In this document: positions 41,717 to 51,500 of the stretch, piece after piece
Layout: every line of letters starts with the position of its first letter
How positions within the stretch are numbered: the first letter of the stretch is position 1
Assembly: GCA_050246755.1 (NCBI GenBank)
Contig: JBFWVL010000003.1
Span: 224,001-288,000, forward strand
Length of the DNA stretch: 64,000 bases
Direction of reading: 5' to 3'
From: Bacteriovoracia bacterium
Lineage (GTDB): Bacteria > Bdellovibrionota > UBA1018 > CAIPTA01
Made by a program: the position numbers and the translations under genes
Notes under the pieces: model-generated
The model's input: the letters and a program-made list of their open reading frames with translations, nothing else
Databases searched by the model: none
What the model was told of the DNA's origin: nothing

Positions 41717-43537
41717 CTATTTTGCTGGCGGAGCCGCCGGCGCCGCCCTCTGAACGTCGAAGGGGGTCTTAACCACGGCCTGCGCCACCACCTGCTCCAA
41801 GCTCAGTACTCCGGCCTGTACGAAACCTTCCAGCTCCTCGGGATTCGTGGTGGGCGGCTGGTTGCTTAGCCGCTCTCCGTGCCCCTTCGCCGCCAGGCGC
41901 AGCTGCGCCAAGGTGGAGGAAATATCCTGGTAGGCCCGCGGATAATAACGCTGATCAGGGGCGTCGAGACGCGCCTTCAGCTTCGCCTCGAGCTGCCCAG
42001 CCATTCCGTCGAAAGCGGGGCCGAAGCTTCTCCATTCAGCGGCAAGACGCGCGCGATTAGCGGGAGCCGCGCCGGCGGCCTTGAAATCGGCCAAGCGTTT
42101 GCTCACTTCCGCCTGCAAGTTCTTCAGCGTGCTCACGAGCTCGCGGATCTCTTCTACTTCGTCGGCGTATTCCTTTTCCAGCTTCTCACGATATTGCTTC
42201 AGGCGGCGGTCATACACTGCGCCTTTTTTTCCGCCCAAAAACTTCGTTACGTCGTAGGGCTCGGCGCCTTCCGCCGAAACCTTGATGGTATACTCCCCCA
42301 TCGCCAAAGGTTTGCCGTCGTCCTGCAGCTCGAAGGTGGCCAGGTGCGTTTTGGCGATATCAGCCGTATAGCTTTTCTCGAAGTTAATTTTATTGACCAA
42401 TGTGCCGGGTTTGCCCACCAGCGAAAGCGTTATCTTGGTGCCTTCGGGCATATTGGAGGCCACGTAAAATTTCGGGGCGGTATCATCGGCCGGATTATCT
42501 TCCGTGCCGCGCGCCTGCGCGATCGCGAACTTCTTCCCCTGGGCCAGCGGCTCCTTCACGAGCAGAGCGAGGTTTTCCTTATCGTCGGGCAGAACGTCGA
42601 GGTCGGAAGGAATAGGCGAAGCGAAGAAAAGAAAATAGGCCGCGCCCGCGCCTCCCAGCGCTCCCACCACGAGTACGATCATGGCGATTTTCTTGACCGC
42701 CACGCCCACGCCCGCCATCGAGCCGGACTTGTTTTTCCCGATCACCACGGCGCCCGTCTTCACGGGAGCCGCTTTGGGTTTACGCTGCAAAATGCTGGTT
42801 AATTTTCCCAAAAAAGCGAACTTGGATTTGCCCGGCGCCTTAATCAAAGGATCGGTAGGCTCATCGCTGCCAACGTCGGCCGCCGCGGTGATCGGTGCCA
42901 GCCCTCCCGGGCGTGCCGCGAAGCTGGGCGATTTAATTCCCGCGCGCGTGGCTCCCGCCGCCTTCACCCGGCGGGCCGAAGCCACGGCCTGTACCGTATT
43001 CACCGGCTGAAAATCAGTCCAGCCCTGCCGCCATAGGGCCGCATCGGCGGGAATCTCCCCATCTCCAGCCAGCTCCTTCAAGCGATTCAGCGAATGCAAT
43101 CCGCTCACTACCGTTCCCACCCGCAGCGTCCACACTTCCTCTTCCGGGCCGGGCTGGGAAGAATCTTGGGCTGGGGCGGCGGCCGGAGCCGCGGCGCTCA
43201 CTAGGCTGGAAAGCGCCGATCCGGTAGGCCCCCCGGAAGCATCCAGACCAAGCGAAGGCTCACTGCTTTCCGTCATGGAAATCCCGCCAGAATTTTGCTC
43301 AGCGGCTAAAAGTTGGGCGAGGGAAACGTCGCCCGAAGGAGCGGGTGCCGCGCCAAACGCGCTGGCCAGCTCGGGAATCGTCTCGGCGGGAACCCATTCG
43401 GCCATCCCATCTTTCCACGCGAGGGTCTGCCCGTTCACGAGCCCTTGCTTGGCTTTCTCCGCCACTTCTTGGGCGGAAAACGGCCCTTCGTGGTGGTCCG
43501 TGAGGTAGATGAACCAAATTTTTCCTTGGTCGCTCAT
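41717..43537 (-). CDS. Tandem GYF_2 (DUF4339) domain membrane protein
   Basis: WFIY...HEGPFS...TLAWKDGMAEWVPAETIPEL plus a second copy (LWRQGWTDFQPV); TM at about aa 285-305; periplasmic coiled coil. Confidence 0.85.
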   Translation of the reverse strand: MSDQGKIWFIYLTDHHEGPFSAQEVAEKAKQGLVNGQTLAWKDGMAEWVPAETIPELASAFGAAPAPSGDVSLAQLLAAEQNSGGISMTESSEPSLGLDASGGPTGSALSSLVSAAAPAAAPAQDSSQPGPEEEVWTLRVGTVVSGLHSLNRLKELAGDGEIPADAALWRQGWTDFQPVNTVQAVASARRVKAAGATRAGIKSPSFAARPGGLAPITAAADVGSDEPTDPLIKAPGKSKFAFLGKLTSILQRKPKAAPVKTGAVVIGKNKSGSMAGVGVAVKKIAMIVLVVGALGGAGAAYFLFFASPIPSDLDVLPDDKENLALLVKEPLAQGKKFAIAQARGTEDNPADDTAPKFYVASNMPEGTKITLSLVGKPGTLVNKINFEKSYTADIAKTHLATFELQDDGKPLAMGEYTIKVSAEGAEPYDVTKFLGGKKGAVYDRRLKQYREKLEKEYADEVEEIRELVSTLKNLQAEVSKRLADFKAAGAAPANRARLAAEWRSFGPAFDGMAGQLEAKLKARLDAPDQRYYPRAYQDISSTLAQLRLAAKGHGERLSNQPPTTNPEELEGFVQAGVLSLEQVVAQAVVKTPFDVQRAAPAAPPAK

Positions 43538-43625
43538 TCGCTTGGGTTACTCTAATTACGAAATGCGGGGAAAGTTGAATGTCCCCGTAAATCCTTCCTT
43601 TAAGGCTAAAGGATACCGGGGAAAA

Positions 43626-44588
43626 ATGAAAATCTTATCCTTCAAACCGAACAGTCTGGCCTCCGCTTCTGATTTGGACCAATCAAAGCTGGCCTACCAC
43701 GCGCAGGCCATCTCTCTCGATAACTTGGATACTCACGAACACGGAATCGTGCTCGTGGGGTTTGCCGACGATACAGGCGTGAAAAACGTGGGCGGGCGTA
43801 CCGGCGCCAAGGAAGGTCCCGCGGCCGTGCGCCAGAAATTCTATAAATTTACCCTGGGGAATATGGGAATTCCTCTCTACGATCTGGGAGACCTCCTGCC
43901 GGCGGCGTCCATCGAGGACACGCATGCGCAGGGCAAAACCGTGGTGGAAGCCATCCTGAACGCAGGGCATTTTCCCCTCGTGCTCGGCGGCGGGCACGAT
44001 CTGGCTTTTCCACACGCGCTCGCTTTCGTGGAAAAATTTCCCCACTCTACTTTTTGGAATATCGACGCCCACCTCGACGTGCGCCCGGTGCACCAGGGAA
44101 TTACGAGCGGATCGCCCTGGTACTTGCTGCGCGAGCATCCCGCCTTCGGCGCGCGTTGCCGGATCGCCGAGTTCGGATTGCAGCCCCACTGCAATGCCGA
44201 AATTCTCGTTAGCTACGCCAAAAAGAAAAACTTCGAGCTCCACTGGCTGGCCGACATCCACGCGAAGAAAATCGCCGCCGATGTTCTTTTCACCCGCCTG
44301 CTGACAAAAGCTCCGCCGGCCCATTCCCTGCTCGTTTCCCTCGATATCGACAGCGTGAACTGGGCCGAAGCCCCTGGCTGCTCCGCCCCGCAAACACTGG
44401 GCTTCACTGGCGCCGAAGCCATCGGTATGAGCCGCGCCGCCGGCGCCAATACGAATGTAAAAAGCTTCGGCATATTCGAGCTTAACCCTTCCCTGGACCC
44501 CGATGGACGCACCGCTAACCTGGTAGCGCATTGCGTGGCAGCGTGTATTCAGGGAATTGTGAGCCGGAAAAAGAAACGAAAAAAATAG
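43626..44588 (+). CDS. hutG: Formimidoylglutamase (arginase family)
   Basis: DTGVKNVGGRTGAKEGP, GGGHD, NIDAHLDVR, SLDID, APGCSAP, ELNPSLD. Confidence 0.85.
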   Translation: MKILSFKPNSLASASDLDQSKLAYHAQAISLDNLDTHEHGIVLVGFADDTGVKNVGGRTGAKEGPAAVRQKFYKFTLGNMGIPLYDLGDLLPAASIEDTHAQGKTVVEAILNAGHFPLVLGGGHDLAFPHALAFVEKFPHSTFWNIDAHLDVRPVHQGITSGSPWYLLREHPAFGARCRIAEFGLQPHCNAEILVSYAKKKNFELHWLADIHAKKIAADVLFTRLLTKAPPAHSLLVSLDIDSVNWAEAPGCSAPQTLGFTGAEAIGMSRAAGANTNVKSFGIFELNPSLDPDGRTANLVAHCVAACIQGIVSRKKKRKK

Positions 44589-44631
44589 GCTTTTTCCAAT
44601 CTCCGCGAACCGCGCTAAAATTAATTCTAGT

Positions 44632-45567
44632 ATGCCGAAGAAGCCCGAGAAACCTGCCGCCGCCGAAGACATTACCCACGTAATCAATCCGGCCACCGAT
44701 ACGCTCAAGATCGACCTAGAGCTCGCCAAGGCCACCGATCCGGTGCTGATCGTGATCCGAGGCTCACTGCAGGGAAAAAAATATTCGCTCAAGGGCGGCA
44801 CGAAATTCATCATGGGCCGCGATAAAACGGCCGAGATCCAGCTCGAGGACGGCAACGTGAGCCGCCAGCACTGCCAAGTGGTGCGGGTGAACAACGAACT
44901 CTTCATCGAAGACCTCGGTTCCCGCAACGGCACCTTTGTGAACGACGAAGTGATCGGCACCTCTCGCAAGGCACTGGAGAAGGAGGACATGATCAAGGTG
45001 GGCTCTACCATTTTGAAATACCTCCCGGCCGGCCAGCTCGAGACGCTCTACCATATCAATCTCACCAATGCCGCCTCGATGGATAAACTTACGGCGCTCT
45101 ATAACCGGAAATACATCAACGAAGTGCTCGACGCCGAGTTCAAGCGCGCCAAGGCCCTCCACTCCGATCTATCCGTAGTGCTCTTCGACATCGATAATTT
45201 TAAAAAGATCAACGATACCTACGGCCACCCCGCCGGCGACTACGTGCTCGCCACCCTGGGCGCGCAAGTGAAAGCCTCCGGCCTACGCGAGCGCGATCTG
45301 GCGGGCCGCTGGGGCGGAGAAGAATTCATCATCGTGATGTCGAATACCGGCGGCGATCAAGCCATGGAAGCCGCCGAGCGGGTGCGAAAGAAAATCGAGA
45401 GCCACGATTTCGTTTACGAAGAAAAGAAAATTACGGTTACGGTGAGCGTGGGGGTGGCCTACCTCAAAAAAGATTTCCACGAAGGCAACGATATCTACAA
45501 AGCGGCCGACAAAGCCCTCTATGAATCCAAGCACGCGGGGAAAAATCGCTCCACGATGGCCAGCTAA
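44632..45567 (+). CDS. FHA-GGDEF diguanylate cyclase (Bdellovibrio DgcB-like)
   Basis: Intact FHA (GR, VSRQH, DLGSRNGT); DIDNFKKINDTYGH, RWGGEEF, and an RxxD I-site (RERD). Confidence 0.9.
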   Translation: MPKKPEKPAAAEDITHVINPATDTLKIDLELAKATDPVLIVIRGSLQGKKYSLKGGTKFIMGRDKTAEIQLEDGNVSRQHCQVVRVNNELFIEDLGSRNGTFVNDEVIGTSRKALEKEDMIKVGSTILKYLPAGQLETLYHINLTNAASMDKLTALYNRKYINEVLDAEFKRAKALHSDLSVVLFDIDNFKKINDTYGHPAGDYVLATLGAQVKASGLRERDLAGRWGGEEFIIVMSNTGGDQAMEAAERVRKKIESHDFVYEEKKITVTVSVGVAYLKKDFHEGNDIYKAADKALYESKHAGKNRSTMAS

Positions 45568-46583
45568 AAGCCTTTTACTTTTTCTTCCAGCCAGTTCGCC
45601 AAGTACTCCACTACCTCTTCCCAGAAGGAAACCGTGCGCGCTTCTTTGAGGCAATGCTGGAAATCCTGCTTGGCCTTTTCTTTGATGCCGTTCTTCTCCA
45701 TGAGCTCGATCACCCAGCGCACCTGCTCCGGCGTGGTCTCTTCCCGGGAAGCGCGCAGGATAGCCTCGGCTTTTTTCCGCTCTTCGCTATTGCGCGGCAG
45801 GGCTTGCAGCAGAAGCACCATTGGGTAGGAGAGCTTGCCTTCGGCGATGTCGCTACCCGCCACTCCACGGCCCTTGTCTCCCCAGAGATCCAGGAGATCG
45901 TCCTGAATCTGGAACGCGCGGCCCAGATGCAAAGCCGACTGCTCGAGCGCTTTCTGCTCCAGCGCCCCCGCGCCGGCGATCTTGGCGCCGCCGAGCAGGG
46001 GCATCGAAAAGAGCGCGGAGGTTTTTCCCTCCACCATCACCAAATATTGATTCACCGAGATATCTTCGCCCTTGGCGAATCGGCCCTTGAGCGCGAACTC
46101 TTCGCTCTGGCCTTCGATCACGGCCAACGTCTTGCGCTGAAGGTGGTCGAGCAACGCGAGCTTCAGCTCGGGGCTATAGCGCCCTTCCTGAATCAAGAGC
46201 TGTGGCACGAAGAACCAAGCATCGCCGCAATTGATCGCCTGGGCCGAGGAATATTTCACCCATAGGGTTTCCTGGCCACGGCGGGTACGGTCTTCATCCT
46301 GGATATCGTCGTGAATGAGCGTGGCGTTATGAATCAGCTCCACCGCAAGGGCGTAGGCCGTGCAATCACGGGTGAGAGCAGCCTGATCAGCGCCTTTTTT
46401 CCTCGCGTAGGCGAGTGCCGCTCCGTATACCAACAGCGGGCGCAACCGCTTTCCGCCGGAACGAAAATGGTAGTCGAGCATTTCCCGCATTGGGCTACCG
46501 GCCAGAAATCTTTCCTGCGCGCCAAGGAAGGCGAGATCGAGCAGGGCATTGGTCTCGGTTTGTAACGTCTCCCAGCTGCTCAT
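45564..46583 (-). CDS. Polyprenyl diphosphate synthase
   Basis: GGKRLRP, first Asp-rich motif LIHDDIQDED..RRG, KT, second motif FQIQDDLLD; ATG overlaps the lipB stop. Confidence 0.92.
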   Translation of the reverse strand: MSSWETLQTETNALLDLAFLGAQERFLAGSPMREMLDYHFRSGGKRLRPLLVYGAALAYARKKGADQAALTRDCTAYALAVELIHNATLIHDDIQDEDRTRRGQETLWVKYSSAQAINCGDAWFFVPQLLIQEGRYSPELKLALLDHLQRKTLAVIEGQSEEFALKGRFAKGEDISVNQYLVMVEGKTSALFSMPLLGGAKIAGAGALEQKALEQSALHLGRAFQIQDDLLDLWGDKGRGVAGSDIAEGKLSYPMVLLLQALPRNSEERKKAEAILRASREETTPEQVRWVIELMEKNGIKEKAKQDFQHCLKEARTVSFWEEVVEYLANWLEEKVKGF

Positions 46584-47269
46584 GGCGTGAGGATCTCCTC
46601 GGGTAACTCTAGTTGCCGGTATAAAGGGGCTAATTGTTTTTTCAGGGCCTCGCGCACTTGCGCCATGTCCATCGGGCGGTCCAGGCACTCGGCGAGGTTC
46701 GTCATCACTTCGGGCGCGAACCCACAGGGGCTGATCAAGCGAAAGTTTTCCAGCTCGGTATTCACGTTGAGCGCGAGCCCGTGGTAACTCACGCCTCTCC
46801 TCACCGCCACGCCGAGGGAGGCGATTTTTCTCTCGCGCTCCAGCCTATCCTTCAGCCAAACGCCCGTTTTCCCCTCGATCCAGTAGCTTGCCACGCCGAA
46901 ATCATGGAGCGTGGCGATGAGCGCATTCTCGAGGGCGCGCAGCAAAGATTTAGGCCCAAATTTCGAGTTCAGCCGCAGTATCGGATACGCCACGATTTGC
47001 CCAGGCCCGTGAAAGGTGGCCTCTCCTCCCCGCTCCACCAACCTCACCGGCACAGAGCCGATCTCGGGCGGAAACAAGGCTTCCTGCTCCCGAATGCCCG
47101 GAGATTTTTTTCCGAAGGTGAGTACCGCGGGATGCTCCACGAAGAGAATGGTATCGGAAATTTTCCCGTCGGCCCGCGCCTCCACTAATTCCAATTGCAA
47201 ACGCCACGCTTCGTCGTAAGGCATGGTGCCGAGATCGCGAAACAGAAGTGGAGAAATCGAAGCGCTCAG
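46580..47269 (-). CDS. lipB: Lipoyl(octanoyl) transferase LipB
   Basis: EHPAVLTFG, RGGEATFHGPGQ, KIASLG, YHGLALNV, PCG; conserved FRDLG precedes the first ATG (47224), so the start may be CTG 47269. Confidence 0.93.
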   Translation of the reverse strand: MSASISPLLFRDLGTMPYDEAWRLQLELVEARADGKISDTILFVEHPAVLTFGKKSPGIREQEALFPPEIGSVPVRLVERGGEATFHGPGQIVAYPILRLNSKFGPKSLLRALENALIATLHDFGVASYWIEGKTGVWLKDRLERERKIASLGVAVRRGVSYHGLALNVNTELENFRLISPCGFAPEVMTNLAECLDRPMDMAQVREALKKQLAPLYRQLELPEEILTP

Positions 47270-48690
47270 TGCTGAGCCAGCGGGCGGTTGATCACGTGAA
47301 TCGCGTGGCCAAGCGCAACTTCTGCTGCCTCCATGGTGGCTTCCCCGAGAGTAGGATGCGCGTGAACGGTGAGCGCTATGTCTTCCACCTGCAAGCCGGC
47401 CTCGATCGCGAGCGCCATTTCGGCGATCATCGTGGACGCCTCGGGCCCGGCGATCGCGGCGCCGATCAGGCGGCCTGTTTTCTTATCGCCGATGAGCTTG
47501 GTGAAGCCGTCGGTTTCGCCGGTGGCGATCGCTTTGCCGAGGGCGGCAAAAGGAAAGGAACCGGCGAAGGTGGTGATGCCTTTCGCTTTCGCTTCCATTT
47601 CGGAGAGGCCCACGGTGGCCACTTCGGGCTCGCAAAAAATAACCGCGGGCATGGCCTTCACGTCGTACTTCGCCGTTTTCGAGCCGGCGATCACTTCGGC
47701 GGCCACGAGGCCTTCCTTGGTGGCCTTGTGCGCGAGCAGGGGCTGGCCCGCTACGTCGCCGATGGCATAAATTCCGGGAACATTCGTCTGCAAGCGCTCA
47801 TTCACCTTGATGAAACCTTTGGCATCAAGGGCTACGCCGAGCTTATCGAGGCCGGCCATGCTGTTCGGGCGGCGACCGACCGTCACTAGAACGCGCTCAC
47901 ACTTCAGTTGCTGCGGCTTGCCTTCCACCTCGATATCCACGATCACTTCGCCGTTCTTCGCCACCTTCGCGCCCTTGGCGGAAGCATTGGTGATCACGTT
48001 CACGTTGCGCTTTTTAAGATTACGCGACACCACGGTGCTCACGTCTTGGTCGTAGTAGGAAAGCAAGCGTGGTGCCTGCTCGAGCATCGTTACCTGCGTG
48101 CCGAGCTTAGCTAAATAGGTACCGATCTCGAGACCGATATAGCCGGCGCCCACCACCACCACGGAGCTCACCGGCCGATCGATTTCGAGAGCACCGGTGG
48201 AGGACATGATATTTTTTTCGTCGAACTTGAAAGCCGGCAGTTCGATCGGCGTCGATCCCACGGCCACCACGAAATTATCGGCCACGATATTGAGAACGCC
48301 TTCTTTGGTCTTCACGGAGATCTCATTCTTCGCGAGGAACGAGGCGTCCCCTTGAAACAACTCCACCTTATTGCCCTTGAGCAAGGTGCTCACGCCGCCG
48401 GTGAGCTTCGTGACCACGCTCTGCTTCCATTCGAGCAGGCCCTTGAAATCCACGTCTACGCCCTTAACCTTAAAGCCCATGCCGTCGGCCTTTTGCATCT
48501 TCTCGTAGAAGTTCGCGGCTTTGATCAGCGCCTTCGAAGGAATACAGCCCACGTTGAGGCATACTCCGCCCACGGACTCACGCTCGATAATCGCCACTTT
48601 TTTCCCGAGCTGCGCCAAGCGGATCGCACAAGGATAACCACCCGGGCCCGAACCAATCACTACCGCATCAAACTTCTTTTTTTCCGCCAT
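47266..48690 (-). CDS. lpdA: Dihydrolipoyl dehydrogenase (E3)
   Basis: GSGPGGY, GGVCLNVGCIPSK, GAGYIGLE, HAHPTLGE. Confidence 0.98.
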   Translation of the reverse strand: MAEKKKFDAVVIGSGPGGYPCAIRLAQLGKKVAIIERESVGGVCLNVGCIPSKALIKAANFYEKMQKADGMGFKVKGVDVDFKGLLEWKQSVVTKLTGGVSTLLKGNKVELFQGDASFLAKNEISVKTKEGVLNIVADNFVVAVGSTPIELPAFKFDEKNIMSSTGALEIDRPVSSVVVVGAGYIGLEIGTYLAKLGTQVTMLEQAPRLLSYYDQDVSTVVSRNLKKRNVNVITNASAKGAKVAKNGEVIVDIEVEGKPQQLKCERVLVTVGRRPNSMAGLDKLGVALDAKGFIKVNERLQTNVPGIYAIGDVAGQPLLAHKATKEGLVAAEVIAGSKTAKYDVKAMPAVIFCEPEVATVGLSEMEAKAKGITTFAGSFPFAALGKAIATGETDGFTKLIGDKKTGRLIGAAIAGPEASTMIAEMALAIEAGLQVEDIALTVHAHPTLGEATMEAAEVALGHAIHVINRPLAQH

Positions 48691-48702
48691 GCCAGTCCTC
48701 TT

Positions 48703-48972
48703 TTATTCCAAAAATTCTACGCCGAGCCGAACCACGCGCTCCCCCGACTGTTCTTTCCAAACCACTTTGCCCTCAAGCTCGGGCTGCTCGCCGATCTTCA
48801 CTTTCACCTTCGCGCCTTTGAGCGGCGCGAAATCTTCGATCACCACCAGGCCGCAGCCGCGAAACGCCTCGCTGAATACCAGCGCCGGAATCGTTTTATT
48901 GATCCAGGCCAGGCCGGGAGTTTCCGGCTCGAAGCGAATCGACTGCCGTTTGGCGGGCGTTTTCTTGGCCAC
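48703..48972 (-). CDS. Small PilZ-like protein
   Basis: RQSIR (RxxxR), degenerate second motif SEAFRG, GKVVW...LGVEF. Confidence 0.7.
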   Translation of the reverse strand: MAKKTPAKRQSIRFEPETPGLAWINKTIPALVFSEAFRGCGLVVIEDFAPLKGAKVKVKIGEQPELEGKVVWKEQSGERVVRLGVEFLE

Positions 48973-50244
48973 TTAGAATTGATCTCCCAATAGCTCGAGC
49001 AATAAAATTTTCGGGTCTTGCAGAAGAGCCACCACGCGGTTCATGAAACGCGCGGCCACCGCTCCGTCCACCACGCGGTGATCGAGCGAGAGCGAAAGGT
49101 AAATCACATCGCGGATCACGATCTGCTCGTTTACCACCATGGGGCGGCGTTTGATCTGGTGCACGCCCATGATCGCCACTTCCGGGTAGTTGATGATGGG
49201 TGGAGCGAAGAGCCCGCCGATATTGCCCGCGTTGGAGATCGTGAAGGTGCCTTCCTGCAGGTCGTGCACGGCGAGCTTTTTATCGCGCGCCTTCTTTCCG
49301 AGCTCCTGGATCTCGGCCGAAAGCTCCCAGATACCTTTGCAGTCCACGTCTTTCAGCACGGGCACGGTGAGGCCGTCCGGCGTGTCCACCGCCATGCCGA
49401 TATTATAGTACTTCTTGTAAATAATTTCGGTAGGGCTTCCGTTTTCTTCCAGCAGCGTGGCATTGAGGTCTGGGAATTCCTTCAGCGCGATCACCACTGC
49501 CTTGGCGATGAAAGGCAAGAAAGTGATCTTGGTGCCCATCGCTTCGGCCTTGGGCTTAAGTTTGGTGCGGAACTCGGAGAGCTCGGTGATATCGCACTCT
49601 TCCACGTAGGAAAAGTTCGCCACGGTATGCATCGAGAGCGCCATTTTTTCGGCGATCTTGCGGCGTAAGCCGCGCACCGGAACGCGCTCTTCGCTGCGCT
49701 GGCCGCGTACGCCGCCGCCGATGAAGGTGCGGTTCGCCATGCCGGCCGCCGAGCCGCCCTTGAAATTTTCCACGTCTTCGAGGAGCACGCGGCCATGGGG
49801 GCCGGTGCCGCGCACGAACCCGATATCCACGCCTTTATCGCGGGCGAGCTTGCGCACCGCGGGCGCGGCCTGCACGTCGGGGTTCGCGGCGGCCGGGCGC
49901 GGCGCTGGAGCAGAAGGAATCACAGTCACCGGTGCTTTTGCCACGGGGGCAGCGGCAGGAGCTGCCTTCACCGCCGGTGCCGGAGCTTTTTCAGCTTTCG
50001 CGGACGAAGTGCCCGAGCCCTCGAGGCGCATCATCACGGCGCCTACTTTGGCGATATCGCCTTCCTTGAAAACGAGCTCCGAAACTTTCCCGGTATACTT
50101 CGTAGGAATTTCCACGGTGGCTTTGTCGGTCATGATCTCGAGCACCACTTGGTCTTCGGTCACTTGATCGCCCGGCTTCACGCGCCACTTCACCACTTCG
50201 CCTTCCATTACGCCTTCACCCAGATCAGGAAGCTTCAGGTCCAT
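48973..50244 (-). CDS. 2-oxoacid dehydrogenase E2 (dihydrolipoamide acyltransferase)
   Basis: Single lipoyl domain ([10 protein letters not shown]), E3-binding domain ([10 protein letters not shown]...GTGPHGRV), catalytic DHRVVDG. Confidence 0.96.
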   Translation of the reverse strand: MDLKLPDLGEGVMEGEVVKWRVKPGDQVTEDQVVLEIMTDKATVEIPTKYTGKVSELVFKEGDIAKVGAVMMRLEGSGTSSAKAEKAPAPAVKAAPAAAPVAKAPVTVIPSAPAPRPAAANPDVQAAPAVRKLARDKGVDIGFVRGTGPHGRVLLEDVENFKGGSAAGMANRTFIGGGVRGQRSEERVPVRGLRRKIAEKMALSMHTVANFSYVEECDITELSEFRTKLKPKAEAMGTKITFLPFIAKAVVIALKEFPDLNATLLEENGSPTEIIYKKYYNIGMAVDTPDGLTVPVLKDVDCKGIWELSAEIQELGKKARDKKLAVHDLQEGTFTISNAGNIGGLFAPPIINYPEVAIMGVHQIKRRPMVVNEQIVIRDVIYLSLSLDHRVVDGAVAARFMNRVVALLQDPKILLLELLGDQF

Positions 50245-51176
50245 TGCTGTATCTCCTCGTTAGAAATCACTGCGCCCAGGGGAGCGCGTTCGTCCAAAAA
50301 TGCCTTGATGAAAAATTCTCCGGCCCGGTAAGAGCTGCGCACGAGCGGCCCCGAAGCCACGTACTTGAAACCGATCTCTTTGCCGAGATCTTCGTAGCGC
50401 TTGAACTGCTCGGGAGAAACGAACTCTTTTACCTCGAGGTGCCAGGAAGAAGGCTGGAGGTATTGGCCGAGGGTGAAAATTTCCACGCCGGCCTCGAAGC
50501 AGTCTTTCATCGCCTGAATCACTTCTTCTTCCGCTTCACCCAGGCCCAGCATGATTGAAGATTTCGTCACGATACCCGGTTTGATTTCTTTGGCGGCTTT
50601 CAGGATGCGCAACGATTGGCGGTAGGTGGCGCGGCGATCACGAACAGCGGGAGTAAGGCGCTCCGACGTTTCGATATTGTGCGCGAACACGTCGATGCCG
50701 TTGGAATCGAGCAGGATCTTCAGCAAATCTTCGCGGCCCTGAAAATCACCGGCGAGGGTTTCGATACGCAGGTGAGGATTTACTTTTTTTACCTGCGCCA
50801 CGATCTGGTGAAAGTGGGCGGCCCCCTGGTCGGCCAAATCATCGCGATCCACAGTCGTGATCACCACGTAGTCGAGCTTCATATCGAGCAAAGATTTCGC
50901 TACGTGAAAGGGCTCAAGGGGATCAAGGGCGCCCGGGGTTTTTGCGGTTTTCACGTTACAGAACTTACAGCCGCGGGTACAGGTATCGCCCATCACCATG
51001 ATCGTGGCGGTTCCTCCGCCCCAGCATTCGCCGATATTCGGGCAGCGCGCCTCTTCGCAAACGGTGGCGAGCTTACGCTCCCTCATCATTTCTTTGATTT
51101 TTAGGTAAGCCTCGCCGCCCGGTGCGCGCACTTTCAGCCATTCCGGCTTCGGTTTTTTGGCGAGGTTTTCCGTCAT
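50235..51176 (-). CDS. lipA: Lipoyl synthase
   Basis: [35 protein letters not shown]. Confidence 0.98.
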   Translation of the reverse strand: MTENLAKKPKPEWLKVRAPGGEAYLKIKEMMRERKLATVCEEARCPNIGECWGGGTATIMVMGDTCTRGCKFCNVKTAKTPGALDPLEPFHVAKSLLDMKLDYVVITTVDRDDLADQGAAHFHQIVAQVKKVNPHLRIETLAGDFQGREDLLKILLDSNGIDVFAHNIETSERLTPAVRDRRATYRQSLRILKAAKEIKPGIVTKSSIMLGLGEAEEEVIQAMKDCFEAGVEIFTLGQYLQPSSWHLEVKEFVSPEQFKRYEDLGKEIGFKYVASGPLVRSSYRAGEFFIKAFLDERAPLGAVISNEEIQQWT

Positions 51177-51296
51177 AGGGGGAAGTTACCGAAGGGGGCC
51201 TTAAAAGTCCACGGAAACCCCGACCCGGATCGGAGCGAACGCTTTGAATTTACATGGTAAGCAGGAGAACTAACGCGTTGCTTCTTCGCTGAGTAG

Positions 51297-51491
51297 TTAC
51301 CACTCGGCGAGCATTTGATCTTTGCCGATTTCCGTTACATACACGTGGCCCGCTGGGCAAACATGCTGCTCCACGATCACCGAAGGATCGTCGGGAGCGG
51401 CCGCGCGGCGAAGCGGAATGGATTTAAACTTCACGCCGCATACAGGGCAGGGCATTTCGCGTTCGAGAGGGTGTTTAGGCAAATCCAGCAT
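51297..51491 (-). CDS. Small zinc-ribbon protein
   Basis: CPVC...CPAGH; 9 nt downstream of the previous gene. Confidence 0.6.
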   Translation of the reverse strand: MLDLPKHPLEREMPCPVCGVKFKSIPLRRAAAPDDPSVIVEQHVCPAGHVYVTEIGKDQMLAEW

Positions 51492-51500
51492 AGAAAAATC

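Noticed and set aside
43683-45011. 442-aa minus-strand ORF
   Set aside because: Antisense shadow of hutG and the FHA-GGDEF gene; no motifs; such ORFs are expected at high GC
51250-51260. TTAC-N3-GTAA palindrome resembling the Bdellovibrio LexA box as I recall it
   Set aside because: Only 8 informative bases, so about one chance hit is expected in 64 kb, and it lies upstream of lipA, which is not a DNA-damage gene
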